A stretch of 64,000 nucleotides of DNA from Bacteriovoracia bacterium (GCA_050251055.1 JBFWNL010000001.1:11815-75814), one strand, 5' to 3'; positions 28,181-38,082 are shown, counted from the first letter of the stretch. Made by a program: numbers and translations. The notes: a model not told the origin generated them from the letters alone.

Positions 28181-29521
28181 ATGGATAAAAAATCCGGCTT
28201 TACCCTCATCGAGATGATGCTCATGGCGGCCCTGCTGTCGGGCATGGCATATTTTAGCTCCGAGGTTATCTTGCAGGGGAAGCGGGGGCTGACGGGAACC
28301 GAGACGCAGGCAAGTCTTCAGCAAACCCGCTTCCAGCTGGAGAAGATTCTCCTCGATGGCGGTGGCTGTCGGGCCATGCTGAAGAAGTACACGTCCGAAT
28401 CCATTTCGAAGTTCGTTCGCCTGGCGGAATCACCTCCGAAAGACCAGTGTAAGCGGGGTGGGGGGGGCCGGAGCGTCGCCGGCAGCGACTCGTTCGCGTT
28501 CGTGACCGAAGGAAATGACCAGCAAAAAGAGTACTGCTACGACTATCCCGTATCGGCCATTTATTATCCCACCGGAAGCTTGTTTCTCACGAATGGGAAA
28601 GCGATTGATAGCAATCTAGTCGTCTCGCAGATTCGCTTGGGGCGACTCCAGCGCATCACCGATCCCGCGCGGGGTCTGGCCGGGGCGGTGAACTACCTCG
28701 CCACGGTCGAGGTGGACGGTCGGCGTCGCAATAGCGTGGGCTCTGCGGATATCAGCGTGGCGGTACCGATCCAGCTTTCCACGTTGCCCACGCCGAGTGA
28801 TCCATCGGGCAAACTGCGGGACGTCGTCGATTGCTCAACCAACGCGGTGTGCGCGAACCTAGGAGAAAACTGGGAGTGGAATGGCACGACTTGCTCACCC
28901 ACGCCGCAGTCCGCCTGTGCGAAGTTGGGTACGAGCTGGGAGTGGGACGGTATGGCTTGCAAACCCACGCCGGAAGCGGCCTGTAAGTCCATCGGGGCCG
29001 GTTTTAGCTGGAACGCGCTTACGAAGCAATGCATCCCTCCGGAGCTGGGTGGCCCCCGCGCGGCTTACTTCTTAACGAATCCCGGCACGCAAACGATCAA
29101 GCTCCCTGCCGGCGTCACCAAGGTCAGGGTTCGCTTGGTCGGAGGGGGTGGCGGGGCTTGGCGAAAAAATGGCGGCCACATTTTCGGGGGATACGGCGGG
29201 GAGCTCAGCGCGACCGTGGCTCTAAACGGGTCGACCCAGTTCACCGCGACCGTGGGTGCGGGGGGAGCCGATGGAAAGGGGGCACCGGGAAATACGGGAG
29301 CCGATTCCGCGTTTCAGATTGCGGGCGTGCGGCTGGTCGCCCAGGGTGGGCGCGGGGCAAATTCGCTTTATACCCCCGGTGCCGACGGATTCATCGCCTA
29401 TTCTCCGGCCAGCCCGCCGGGCGTGTGGTGGAGTTTCTATCGGGCGGGCAACTCCTCGGGATACGGTACCGGGAGCGTGGGCGCCGATGGCGGGCACGGT
29501 TTTGTTTCGGTGGAGTGGTAA
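28181..29521 (+). CDS. Type IV pilin-like protein with Cys/Trp repeats and C-terminal glycine-rich domain
   Basis: KSG|FTLIEM prepilin site; three C..LG..WEW.G..C.P repeats; LVGGGGG...VGAGG...AQGG.G...GG.GFV.VEW. Confidence 0.88.
   Translation: MDKKSGFTLIEMMLMAALLSGMAYFSSEVILQGKRGLTGTETQASLQQTRFQLEKILLDGGGCRAMLKKYTSESISKFVRLAESPPKDQCKRGGGGRSVAGSDSFAFVTEGNDQQKEYCYDYPVSAIYYPTGSLFLTNGKAIDSNLVVSQIRLGRLQRITDPARGLAGAVNYLATVEVDGRRRNSVGSADISVAVPIQLSTLPTPSDPSGKLRDVVDCSTNAVCANLGENWEWNGTTCSPTPQSACAKLGTSWEWDGMACKPTPEAACKSIGAGFSWNALTKQCIPPELGGPRAAYFLTNPGTQTIKLPAGVTKVRVRLVGGGGGAWRKNGGHIFGGYGGELSATVALNGSTQFTATVGAGGADGKGAPGNTGADSAFQIAGVRLVAQGGRGANSLYTPGADGFIAYSPASPPGVWWSFYRAGNSSGYGTGSVGADGGHGFVSVEW
28850..29038 (+). 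repeat. Three in-frame ~22-aa (66-bp) Cys-Trp repeats
   Basis: CANLGENWEWNGTTCSPTPQSA / CAKLGTSWEWDGMACKPTPEAA / CKSIGAGFSWNALTKQCIP. Confidence 0.9.
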
Positions 29522-29534
29522 AGTGGTCGCGCGC

Positions 29535-30218
29535 TTAGCGTTGAGCGTCGACCCAACGGAGGAGCATGCGTTCCCGCTCACGGGGTGTGAGGGCCGCGCT
29601 TAATCGGGTGACGTCCTGGAGTTGCCGCAGCTCGGCCAAATTCTTTTCAAAGTACGCCCACAGCAGATCATCCCGAATGTCGGTGTCCGTGATCACGGAA
29701 AGCGGAGCCAGAAACTCGCCGACCGTCAGCGCCGCTAGGCGAGCTTCAAGGTAGTGAGCCGCCAACTCCGCCTTCACCGAATCCGTTGGGAAAACAGAAG
29801 TCAGCGGCAAGAATTCGAAAGGACTGACGCGATCGGGGTGCTCACGAATTTCCCGCCTTGTCATACGGCCGCGCACGGCCGGCTGCGACTTCCGTTCGCG
29901 ATCCGCGGGGTCATCGAATTCTCCCAAAAATACGATTTCCTTCACGGCGCGGTGAAAGGCCTGAAAGACGTCGCCCGAAGCGATCCGTGCGTGTACGCGA
30001 TCGTAACAGGCTTCGATCTCGTGATTGAACTCCGCAGCCGAAAGCTCTTCCCAGCGCTCCAGCTCGTCTATGAAAGCTTGGACCGCACGCAACTCGAAAT
30101 GGTGACTCACGCGATCCGGCCGGAGGGCCGGGCAAGCGGCCCGGCCCACGACCGGGGTCATCATGACCGTCATGAGGGCTACCCAAAAATGGGTTTTCCA
30201 ACTCTGCATACCATTCAA
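29535..30218 (-). CDS. Secreted hypothetical protein
   Basis: Signal peptide ending GRA|ACP; helical body; follows the PKD gene. Confidence 0.65.
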   Translation of the reverse strand: MNGMQSWKTHFWVALMTVMMTPVVGRAACPALRPDRVSHHFELRAVQAFIDELERWEELSAAEFNHEIEACYDRVHARIASGDVFQAFHRAVKEIVFLGEFDDPADRERKSQPAVRGRMTRREIREHPDRVSPFEFLPLTSVFPTDSVKAELAAHYLEARLAALTVGEFLAPLSVITDTDIRDDLLWAYFEKNLAELRQLQDVTRLSAALTPRERERMLLRWVDAQR

Positions 30219-30228
30219 ACCAGCAAGC

Positions 30229-32124
30229 CTAGGGCAACTTCAACTTCGGAGTTTTCACCCAGTACGCCGTCGCCTTGCCGGCGTTATCGACCAGCGTGAG
30301 ACGCACGTGGTGCACGCCCGTCGCGCCGAAATCGCAACGCGCCGTGAGCTCGAGCCCACGCTTGCAGGCGGTTACGGGCGTGACCTTATCCTTTTTGAAA
30401 AAGTCCCAGTAGAAGCTCTTCACCGCGCCGTCGGCGTCGCCGAAGGCTTGCTCCGCCGTCGTGACGTTCGGACCAAAATCAAACGTGCACTTGGCGAGCG
30501 CGCATTGTTTCTTGATCTTCACGCGTTTATTCAGCTTCGGCGGCAGGTTCTTCGTCTCGAACACGTAGCTGTGGGTGGTGACCAGGCCCGCGTTGTCGGT
30601 CACGCTGGCCAGGATGGAATACACCCCGGCGCGATTTTGGCCGTTGAGTTGGTAGGCGTGGTTCGCCGTGGTCTGGTAGGCGTTCCACGGCAGGGTCACG
30701 CTGGGCGAACCATCGCCGAAGTCGACCTGCGCCGCCGTGATGTGCCCGTCGTCGCTGTACTGATAGCGCGGATTCACCGTGTACTGCTTGCCTTGGCGGT
30801 TATCGAGCGTGGTTTGGTTGACGAGCGCCAGGCGCGGCGCGATCTCTTCATCAGTCACCTGGATGCTCAGGTAAGCGCTGTCGGCGCCGACATCGTTCCA
30901 AGCCGTCATCACGACGGTATAAACACCGGGGGCCGTATAGTAGTGCTGTACCAACCGATCGGCGCGCGTGAGCGCCTGCACGGCGCCATCTCCCCAATCC
31001 AACTGGAAGAGATTGGCGCGAAAATCGTAGGTCGGAGTCACTTTCAGCGGATTGCTCATCGCGATGAGCGTCGCATTCACGGAGAATCGCGCTTCCGGAA
31101 GGCGTGGGTAGATGGTCACCGTGAAGGTGTCTTCCGAATCGTAATAGCCATCCGATACGATCAGCCGTACGTTGTACACGCCGGGCTGGGAATAGACGTG
31201 AGTGGGATTCCGGGCGTAGGAGTAGTCCCCGTCGCCGAATCGCCATTCGAACTGCAGAAGGTCGTCGTCCATGTCGACGTCGTAAGAATTCCAGCCGTAG
31301 AAGTAAATCGTCTCATCTTGCTCGGCCGAGCTTGGCGAAGCGTATCCGATCGCCACGGGCGGGTGGTTGGGGCTCGTTACATCGGGGATGAAGTAATGGA
31401 AACCGTTGATGGCAAAGCCGTCGTAACTTTCGCCATCGATGCTCCCGTCGGTGACGACCCAGATGTCGATCTGGTTGCCCGTGCAGGTGCTGGAAATGAA
31501 CGAGCTATGGCTTCCCGAGTACGACGCGCAAAGACCGTAACTGTCGTAAAGGTCCACGCGATCGTAAGGGTATTCGAGGTCGGTCCACGCGAAGTCGACT
31601 TCAATGTTCTCGGTGCCGTAGGGCGCGTAGTACGTGTAGAAACGGTAATTGAGTGAGTTCACGTAATCGTAGTAGGTGAAATCCAAGCCCACGCTTTGGT
31701 AGTACCAGTCTCCACCGATCCCACGCTCGCTCGTGTCACGCGACGCCCTGGTCTCGGAAGCAGGCCGCGCGCGTTTCGGGGTGATCGCCATTTGCCGGGC
31801 CTTTTGGGGGCTGACGAGCACTGTTTGCTGGCCGCCGTTTCGTTTCGGCACGACGACGGGGACGCTCGCTCCCGTCACGGGACTCCCGCGCGCGTGCAAG
31901 GCGCGCTTCAGCGCTTGGACTTCGTTGCGTTTGCGCAGGCGATCGGTGACGGCGGCGGGTAGCGCCTGCGGGGCGGGGGCAGTGCGCACCTCTGCGGAGT
32001 CCACGTCGTTATCGAGTAGTTCCTGGGGGGTAAAGTCTTCCGCAGACGCGGCCGAGCATAGGCCGGCGATCATCATAAATAAAGCAAAGCAGGGGGAGAG
32101 GGGTTTCATGGCAAGTCCTTTCAT
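30229..32124 (-). CDS. Secreted CUB-like + multiple PKD domain protein
   Basis: DF...DLEYPYDRV.LYD...TDGS...GF (CUB-like); WRFGDG...HVYSQPGVYNV.L.V and further D[WF]GDG PKD repeats. Confidence 0.88.
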   Translation of the reverse strand: MKGLAMKPLSPCFALFMMIAGLCSAASAEDFTPQELLDNDVDSAEVRTAPAPQALPAAVTDRLRKRNEVQALKRALHARGSPVTGASVPVVVPKRNGGQQTVLVSPQKARQMAITPKRARPASETRASRDTSERGIGGDWYYQSVGLDFTYYDYVNSLNYRFYTYYAPYGTENIEVDFAWTDLEYPYDRVDLYDSYGLCASYSGSHSSFISSTCTGNQIDIWVVTDGSIDGESYDGFAINGFHYFIPDVTSPNHPPVAIGYASPSSAEQDETIYFYGWNSYDVDMDDDLLQFEWRFGDGDYSYARNPTHVYSQPGVYNVRLIVSDGYYDSEDTFTVTIYPRLPEARFSVNATLIAMSNPLKVTPTYDFRANLFQLDWGDGAVQALTRADRLVQHYYTAPGVYTVVMTAWNDVGADSAYLSIQVTDEEIAPRLALVNQTTLDNRQGKQYTVNPRYQYSDDGHITAAQVDFGDGSPSVTLPWNAYQTTANHAYQLNGQNRAGVYSILASVTDNAGLVTTHSYVFETKNLPPKLNKRVKIKKQCALAKCTFDFGPNVTTAEQAFGDADGAVKSFYWDFFKKDKVTPVTACKRGLELTARCDFGATGVHHVRLTLVDNAGKATAYWVKTPKLKLP

Positions 32125-32292
32125 GACTTCCGCGAAAGTACGTCGAGATATCCGACTTGCGTAGAAAGGCCCGGATAGATTTGGATAGGTAGACGATCGG
32201 CGGAGAAAGCGCCCAGGTTATGCGGGCTTGACGAAAGATCTTCCCGCGGGCGTCAGTCCGGGGCCGGGCCGGGGTTTTAAGTGGGAGCGAGT

Positions 32293-33405
32293 ATGGCTTC
32301 GAATCCGGCAATACCCCAGTGGTCCCACCTCATGAACGAATCTTTCGCCGAGCTGGTGCGCCGGCGGCTTTCGGTGCCTCCCGGCACGGCCGAGTCCGTT
32401 TATGTCGAGGCGTGGCTGGCGTTTTCGCGCGGGCAACGCGAGACGCTCGGCGAGCTGGCATCGATGGCGGATGCCGCGGTCCCCATCTGCCTGCTCGAGA
32501 TCATTCGCCTGCAGATCGCGATTCTGGAAAGAAGCCTCGACCCCATCCAGATCCGCCGGGCGGCGGGGCTCGCCGCTCACGACCCGGATTGGATCGGAGA
32601 AGTCCTATATGTCAGCGGCCTCGCTTGGGAGACGGCGGGGGAGCTAGCGATCGCCCGCGATTTTTTCCGGCGGGCCGCCACCGCGCTCGAACAGATCGGG
32701 GCTTCACGCAAGTCGCTCCAATCTTTTTTCCACTTCGTCGCCGTCGATCAAAAGCTTTCTCCGGAAAAGTCCCCGGTCGCGGAGCTGGAGTTCATTGCCC
32801 AACGCGCGCTTCACGCTGGCTATCCCGCGCTCGCCGGAACGGCGCTGGGGCAGGTGGCGCTGGAGTATGAAAAAGCCGCCAGCTTCGAGGTCATGCTTCA
32901 ATATTGGCGCGATTCCGCGACCTATCTTGAAGCGGAAAACGGCTCGCGCGAGTTTTACCAGGCACGGCTCCATTTCGGCTTCGCCCTTGCGGTCAACGGA
33001 TATCGCGCCGACGCGTTACGCGAGCTTCGCCGCACGGACGTTGCCTTCGATCCGGAGATCCGGGGGGCGCGGGAAGTGCTGGGAAGAATCCTGCGCGCCG
33101 ATTACCGGGAGCGGCCTTTCCTGGGGACCCCTGATCCGATTTGGCGGGCGCGCTATCGCGCCTGCGCCGAGCGGGCCAAACAAGCGATCGCCCGGTTTTA
33201 CGGGGCGCGCGGCTTGGAGGCGCGGCTTTTACAGGAAATCCAGGGCGGTCCCAAGACGAAGCATGAGCTCATCGAAACTCTCTACGGCACGCAGATCGAC
33301 TACTTCAGCGGCGAGAATCGATTGAAGAACGTGATCAGTCGCCTACGCCGGCGCCTACCCGGGGTGTTGTCCTTTCACGAGGGCCGCTATCGCGTGGGAC
33401 GTTGA
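32293..33405 (+). CDS. TPR-like regulator with C-terminal winged HTH
   Basis: Helical repeats; K.ELIE.LYG...ENRLKNVISRLRR. Confidence 0.75.
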   Translation: MASNPAIPQWSHLMNESFAELVRRRLSVPPGTAESVYVEAWLAFSRGQRETLGELASMADAAVPICLLEIIRLQIAILERSLDPIQIRRAAGLAAHDPDWIGEVLYVSGLAWETAGELAIARDFFRRAATALEQIGASRKSLQSFFHFVAVDQKLSPEKSPVAELEFIAQRALHAGYPALAGTALGQVALEYEKAASFEVMLQYWRDSATYLEAENGSREFYQARLHFGFALAVNGYRADALRELRRTDVAFDPEIRGAREVLGRILRADYRERPFLGTPDPIWRARYRACAERAKQAIARFYGARGLEARLLQEIQGGPKTKHELIETLYGTQIDYFSGENRLKNVISRLRRRLPGVLSFHEGRYRVGR

Positions 33406-33427
33406 GCGAGTTGCGCCGCGTATCGGC

Positions 33428-34249
33428 TCACCACCCATACCAGGCGCGGATCATACGATCTTTCGTTTCCCGGCGGTCGTGGGGCTGGGGAGGCGTGTTC
33501 GTTACGGGATCGAGGCTATCGAGCACCCATTTGAGCTGATCCCAAGTCAGCTTGGGATCGCGTGCGCGGACGTAAGCTTCGATCTTCTGGTTGATCAGGT
33601 ATCCTTGGCCAAGGCGCTTGATCAGGGCGATCGCATCTTCGGGAGACAGGGTTTTTCCGGCCTCGGACAAAAATAGATCGATGACCGCGGCCATGATTTC
33701 AGCTTTCCGGGAGGAACGGAGGGCATCGATTAGTTTCTGGGTTTCGGCTAGTGATCGCGGGCTCACGTTATAAAAATAATCTTGCAGGGCCTGATCGCCG
33801 GCGGTGGGATCCGGAAACATGCGGCTAATGACGACGGTGGCGTCTAGCGACAGGCTGAGCCTATTTTCGGTGTAGAAGTGGTAGAGAATGGCGTACTCGA
33901 CGACGATACGCCCGTAATACAACTTATCGTTGTCGGAGCCGGTTTCACCCTGGGTCTCGGCCAGGGCGTCAAAGAGGATCTTGGTTTGTTCCCAAGTCAG
34001 GGCCTGCTTCAGCCGCAAGAAGCACGAGTACATCACTTCGTTCTGACGAAACAGGCTCTCGAGCGCCGGTACTTTTTGGACGAAGTCGAGCAGCTCGTCC
34101 GTGCTCACCGTCTCGATGGTGACGGGCCGGCCGTTGCGCATCACCTGGGTTTGGGTCGCCTTCGGACAGGCCTGCGCCAGGGGCGCCAGGAGAAACAGGC
34201 CGAGCGCGGCCATACTGGAAACGGAAAATGAGGAATAGGATTTCGTCAT
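33428..34249 (-). CDS. Secreted helical-repeat hypothetical protein
   Basis: Signal peptide ending AQA|CP; repeated L[ST].....L...L helices. Confidence 0.7.
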   Translation of the reverse strand: MTKSYSSFSVSSMAALGLFLLAPLAQACPKATQTQVMRNGRPVTIETVSTDELLDFVQKVPALESLFRQNEVMYSCFLRLKQALTWEQTKILFDALAETQGETGSDNDKLYYGRIVVEYAILYHFYTENRLSLSLDATVVISRMFPDPTAGDQALQDYFYNVSPRSLAETQKLIDALRSSRKAEIMAAVIDLFLSEAGKTLSPEDAIALIKRLGQGYLINQKIEAYVRARDPKLTWDQLKWVLDSLDPVTNTPPQPHDRRETKDRMIRAWYGW

Positions 34250-34374
34250 CGGGGTGGGCCTTTCTAAAACGGTTTAACAATGATGACGCGTTAAGTCAAA
34301 TGTAGGAGGGTTGAAGTTTAAGTATCCAAGAGCAAAATGTCCTTATTAATGAGGAGGGTGGGGCACGTTGGGTT

Positions 34375-34397
34375 AAAAGTACTTTTCAGTACTTTTC
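34375..34397 (+). promoter_or_regulatory. Tandem 10-bp direct repeat, candidate operator
   Basis: AGTACTTTTC at 34378 and 34388, overlapping palindrome AAAAGTACTTTT, about 20 bp upstream of the HTH gene. Confidence 0.55.
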
Positions 34398-34417
34398 GAT
34401 AGTGTTAGTTTGGATGC

Positions 34418-34891
34418 ATGAAAACGCCCATTCTTCGTCCCGTCCCGGGAAACCCCTTGAAGTTCTTCACCTCCGCCGAAATCGCCGACGTGCTGAAGAT
34501 GAACCCGCAGGTGATCAACCGCAAGCTGCAGGCGGGCGAGATCGCCGGTTACAAGCTGGGCAAAGACTGGCGCGTCTCCGAAGTGCAGCTGCTGGAGTAT
34601 CTGGAGCGCCATTCGAATCAACGCCGGGCCACGACTCCCGAGGCGCGCGTCGTGGGCACGTTCTTCGAAGGGGAAAGGCTCAAGGCCATTCCGGTCGCGC
34701 GCGCCAAGCGCCTGCCCGTGCTGCGCGAGCTCGTCGCGCGGCTAGAGCGCGGACGCATCTATTCGGAGGCCGAGCTCAGCCGCGTGCTCGCGCAATGGCA
34801 CCCAGATGTCGCTACCCTGCGGCGCGAGTTCGTCGCGTGCAAGCTCATGGTGCGCAAGGACGGCAAGTACCGCGTGGTGGGACAAGTTTAG
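34418..34891 (+). CDS. Excisionase-like HTH (HTH_17) fused to DUF2087
   Basis: FTSAEIADVLK...G.I.GYKLGKDWRV; FF.GERLKAIP...YSE.EL...HPDVATLRRE. Confidence 0.9.
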   Translation: MKTPILRPVPGNPLKFFTSAEIADVLKMNPQVINRKLQAGEIAGYKLGKDWRVSEVQLLEYLERHSNQRRATTPEARVVGTFFEGERLKAIPVARAKRLPVLRELVARLERGRIYSEAELSRVLAQWHPDVATLRREFVACKLMVRKDGKYRVVGQV

Positions 34892-35689
34892 ATGTCGTCA
34901 GAATTCTCTCACTTGATCGATCAGGCGATCGACCACTTCAGCATCGCGGGCGCCGATTCCCGCTACACGCGAAACGAGCATATCCGCCAGATGATTACGC
35001 CGTCGGCGCGGCGAGACGGCTTCATGAACATCGTGACGTGGGCTCACGATCCTGCGCGATCACCGGCGGAAATCATAGACGCGGGTATCGCTCCGTATCT
35101 TGCGAACGGGACGGCTTGCTGGTGGGTGGTGCGCCCGTCCGAGGCCGCCTTGGAGCCCGCGCTCGTGGCCCGTGGATTTCTGCTCGACCATGAAGCTTAC
35201 GGTCTGGTGATCGGAACCGATGCTGGCCCGTCGGACTTCGCCCCGGGCGTGACGGTGGAAGAACTGGGCGAGTCCAATTTAGAAGATTATATCTCGGTCT
35301 GGGCGACACCCGCGACGAATCGCGAGCCCATTCGGCAGTATCTACGCGAGGTGATGGAGCGTGAACGAGGCAAGCTCAGCTGCTTTCTCGCCCGTTATGA
35401 GGGAACGCCCGCCGGCGCCGGCGTCGTGGATCGCTTGCCTGGTTTCGGAAACTTAGGCAGCGCGTTCGTGCGCGAAGAATTCCGCCGCCGGGGGATCTAC
35501 CGATCGCTCGTGGCCCATCGGCTGGGCGTCCTCCGCGCCGAATCCATTCCGGTGGGCGTGGTCTTAGCGAAGCAGGCGACTTCGGGACCGATCTTGAAGC
35601 GGATCGGCTTTCGCGTGGTTTCGGAGTTCAAAGTTTTCGCGCGTCCCGCGGGTTTTTCGCCGCCGGCTGGGTCGCCGCTATCGCAGTAA
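34892..35689 (+). CDS. GNAT-family acetyltransferase
   Basis: VREEFRRRGIY acetyl-CoA motif; SGPILKRIGF. Confidence 0.88.
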   Translation: MSSEFSHLIDQAIDHFSIAGADSRYTRNEHIRQMITPSARRDGFMNIVTWAHDPARSPAEIIDAGIAPYLANGTACWWVVRPSEAALEPALVARGFLLDHEAYGLVIGTDAGPSDFAPGVTVEELGESNLEDYISVWATPATNREPIRQYLREVMERERGKLSCFLARYEGTPAGAGVVDRLPGFGNLGSAFVREEFRRRGIYRSLVAHRLGVLRAESIPVGVVLAKQATSGPILKRIGFRVVSEFKVFARPAGFSPPAGSPLSQ

Positions 35690-35699
35690 CCCGCCGCGC

Positions 35700-36044
35700 C
35701 TAGTTTTCCACGAACGGCCCGACGTTGCAGTTGCTGCGGGCGGAATCGGTGCTCCACGCCGAAACTCCACTGCCGGTGCTGTAGTAGCGCACGGCTTTGG
35801 AACCATCGTTGAAAAAGCAGCTCCCTACGCGGTTTGCCGTAGGGCACAGCGAGGTCGAATAGGTACCCTGCTCATGCACCGAGCAGTTTCGGCTGATCTC
35901 GGTATCGGAAGCCGGGTAATCGTAACAAATCGCATCCTCGGCAACATTGCAGCTCTGCGTGAACACGGTGTCGGTGACCGAGTTGCAGCCATTAAAAACA
36001 CACCACCCCAAAGTAAAAACCGGTAACTGTGGCCATTTCTTCAT
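35700..36044 (-). CDS. Small Cys-rich lipoprotein
   Basis: Lipobox FNGC; six further Cys (SCN..ICYDY..CPTANRVGSC). Confidence 0.7.
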   Translation of the reverse strand: MKKWPQLPVFTLGWCVFNGCNSVTDTVFTQSCNVAEDAICYDYPASDTEISRNCSVHEQGTYSTSLCPTANRVGSCFFNDGSKAVRYYSTGSGVSAWSTDSARSNCNVGPFVEN

Positions 36045-36182
36045 GTTCTCAGTATGGCGGTAGTCGGGCCCGGGCTCAATAAAACGGAGCTAAGCGGCCC
36101 AGTTCGTGTGTGCGGGTGTGGGCTGGGCTCGAAAACCATTGGGGATTTAGTATTTCCGGGGGGAAGTGATAGAGTGAGGCTT

Positions 36183-36569
36183 ATGAAATTTGGCTACACG
36201 CTTTTGTATGTAAATGATGTCGAGCGCGCGCAGAACTTCTACGCGGCGGCGTTTGGGCTCGCGAAGGGATTTTTGCACGAGAGCAAGCAATACGGCGAAA
36301 TGGTCACGGGCGAAACGAAGCTGGGTTTTGTTCACCACGAAACGGCGGGTTCGCACGGATTTGAGTACATGAAGGCGGATCCGGCCTCGCGGGCGTTTGG
36401 GATTGAGCTGGGGCTCGTGACTCCCGACGTGGCCGGCGCGTTCGCGCAGGCGGTGAAGGCGGGGGCGGTCGCGGTGAGTGCGCCTAAGACTAAGCCTTGG
36501 GGGCAGACCGTGGCTTACGTGCGGGACTGCTTTGGATTCTTGGTCGAGATCTGCTCGCCAATGGGGTGA
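36183..36569 (+). CDS. VOC/glyoxalase family protein
   Basis: YTLLYV.DV....FY..AFG; KPWGQTVAYVRD..GFLVEIC. Confidence 0.93.
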   Translation: MKFGYTLLYVNDVERAQNFYAAAFGLAKGFLHESKQYGEMVTGETKLGFVHHETAGSHGFEYMKADPASRAFGIELGLVTPDVAGAFAQAVKAGAVAVSAPKTKPWGQTVAYVRDCFGFLVEICSPMG

Positions 36570-36592
36570 CGGGGTTCGGGTGGTAGAGTTTA

Positions 36593-37219
36593 CTAAGCTT
36601 GATCATCTGGGCAGTACATGAGTTTGACTTTGCCATGTTTTTTCATGAGCTCTTCGGTGAGGTAGGCGTATACTTTCGGGTAGATGATGCTTCGAGCGTC
36701 TTGCCATGCAAATATTTTATCGGCAATTGGGCATATGGTCTTCAAGTCGACTAGTCCTTGATCTAACAAAGCAACAATATCTTGTTTGTCCCGTTTTCTA
36801 GGAGGAGTGGAAAACGCAGAAAATAGTTTGGAAGCCGCCACATGATTGGGCTCGAGGAATGTAACCGATAGGTGAGCATAAGGGATACCCAGCGGCACCC
36901 AGTTAGGCTCGGCAGGCAAGAAGGGTACTGCAGGTTCTACGAATTGTAGAAAGTAACCGTAAGTCTTCATTCGTGCCTGACCAAACTCTGCTTCTAAGGT
37001 TTTGATGATGTTTGCATTTGATTCGGGAGTGGGCTGGCCATCTACGCGTAGTAGATCGATGTCTACCGTGCCAACAGAGTCCTGAAGGCCGGCGAGCATC
37101 AGCGCGCTTTTGCCAAAAATCTTAAGCTCAAACTTCTGGCCTTGCAGCTCGGACTGACAGTGTTTTTTTAGGTGGTCATCTATCTTTCCAAGAAACTCGA
37201 TAACATCATTTCTTTGCAT
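36593..37219 (-). CDS. Nucleotidyltransferase (DUF6036/AbiEii-like)
   Basis: FGKSALML, T.DID, SKL, R.RD.QDI motifs; AT-rich. Confidence 0.75.
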   Translation of the reverse strand: MQRNDVIEFLGKIDDHLKKHCQSELQGQKFELKIFGKSALMLAGLQDSVGTVDIDLLRVDGQPTPESNANIIKTLEAEFGQARMKTYGYFLQFVEPAVPFLPAEPNWVPLGIPYAHLSVTFLEPNHVAASKLFSAFSTPPRKRDKQDIVALLDQGLVDLKTICPIADKIFAWQDARSIIYPKVYAYLTEELMKKHGKVKLMYCPDDQA

Positions 37220-37901
37220 GCAAGCAATCCTTTACGAACGAAGCTAAGCCGCTAATTTCGGAAGGAGATGGGCTTGCCGTTCCTCTCGCGCTAACTCCTA
37301 ATAAGTTTTTAGCTACAGTCAAAATTTGTTCTAACTGAAGCGTCGCGCGAGGTAAGATAAACTCTTCATCTCGGTTAAGAATTTTGACGATTTTAAGACA
37401 GATCAAAACCTCGTCGATAATTCTCCCCACTAAGAAGGGATTATTGCCGATTAGCGCAAAAATGCGATCGACATTAATTTCCTTCGTCGCGGCCTGGCGG
37501 ATAAGCGCGGCACAAAATCCTTGGTGTAGACGTTCGTCTTCGATGAAGCCAAGCGCCTGGCTTAAGACTTCTTCGAAAGGCTTCTCCTTCAAGGAGATTC
37601 CCGGGGGTTTAGCTAAGTGATTGGCTCCGTAATGAACGAGTTGGCGAATCAAATCTCTAGAGTCCGATGCGTCCTCAGATTTATCTAATCCTCGAAAAAA
37701 CTCGATAACGGGAACATCGAGGCGTCTAGCTAAGACGGCAATATCACGCGCGGAGAGGACCCCTTTGCAGTGCTCTATATAAGAAACCTTTGCTTGGGAC
37801 ACCCCAAGTACTTTGGCTAGATCAGTGGTGGTTAGCCCTTTGCTCCGGCGAATAGCCTTAAGATTCTTACTGAGGGTTTTGCTGATTAGGTCCTTATCCA
37901 T
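37206..37901 (-). CDS. XRE-family HTH protein with C-terminal extension
   Basis: NLKAIRRSKGLT..DLAKVLGVSQAKVSYIE; overlaps the NTase start. Confidence 0.88.
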   Translation of the reverse strand: MDKDLISKTLSKNLKAIRRSKGLTTTDLAKVLGVSQAKVSYIEHCKGVLSARDIAVLARRLDVPVIEFFRGLDKSEDASDSRDLIRQLVHYGANHLAKPPGISLKEKPFEEVLSQALGFIEDERLHQGFCAALIRQAATKEINVDRIFALIGNNPFLVGRIIDEVLICLKIVKILNRDEEFILPRATLQLEQILTVAKNLLGVSARGTASPSPSEISGLASFVKDCLHAKK

Positions 37902-38082
37902 ATCCTACCAATTATACACTAATACATAAAATATGCAATAATGCATAATCGACATATAAGTATCTAATCTTTATAGTTAAATTCCTGTCTATCGCATTTA
38001 CCCTGACTGCCTTAAGTGCTTAAAGTTAATAGCTATTTTGCAAGTAGCGCGACTTCTGAGAAAGGGTGTTAGTCTTCCTTAA

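Noticed and set aside
30163-31656. 497-aa + strand ORF
   Set aside because: Antisense shadow of the PKD gene in GC-rich DNA; no motifs
34418-34891. Prophage excisionase
   Set aside because: HTH is fused to DUF2087 and no integrase or phage genes are nearby
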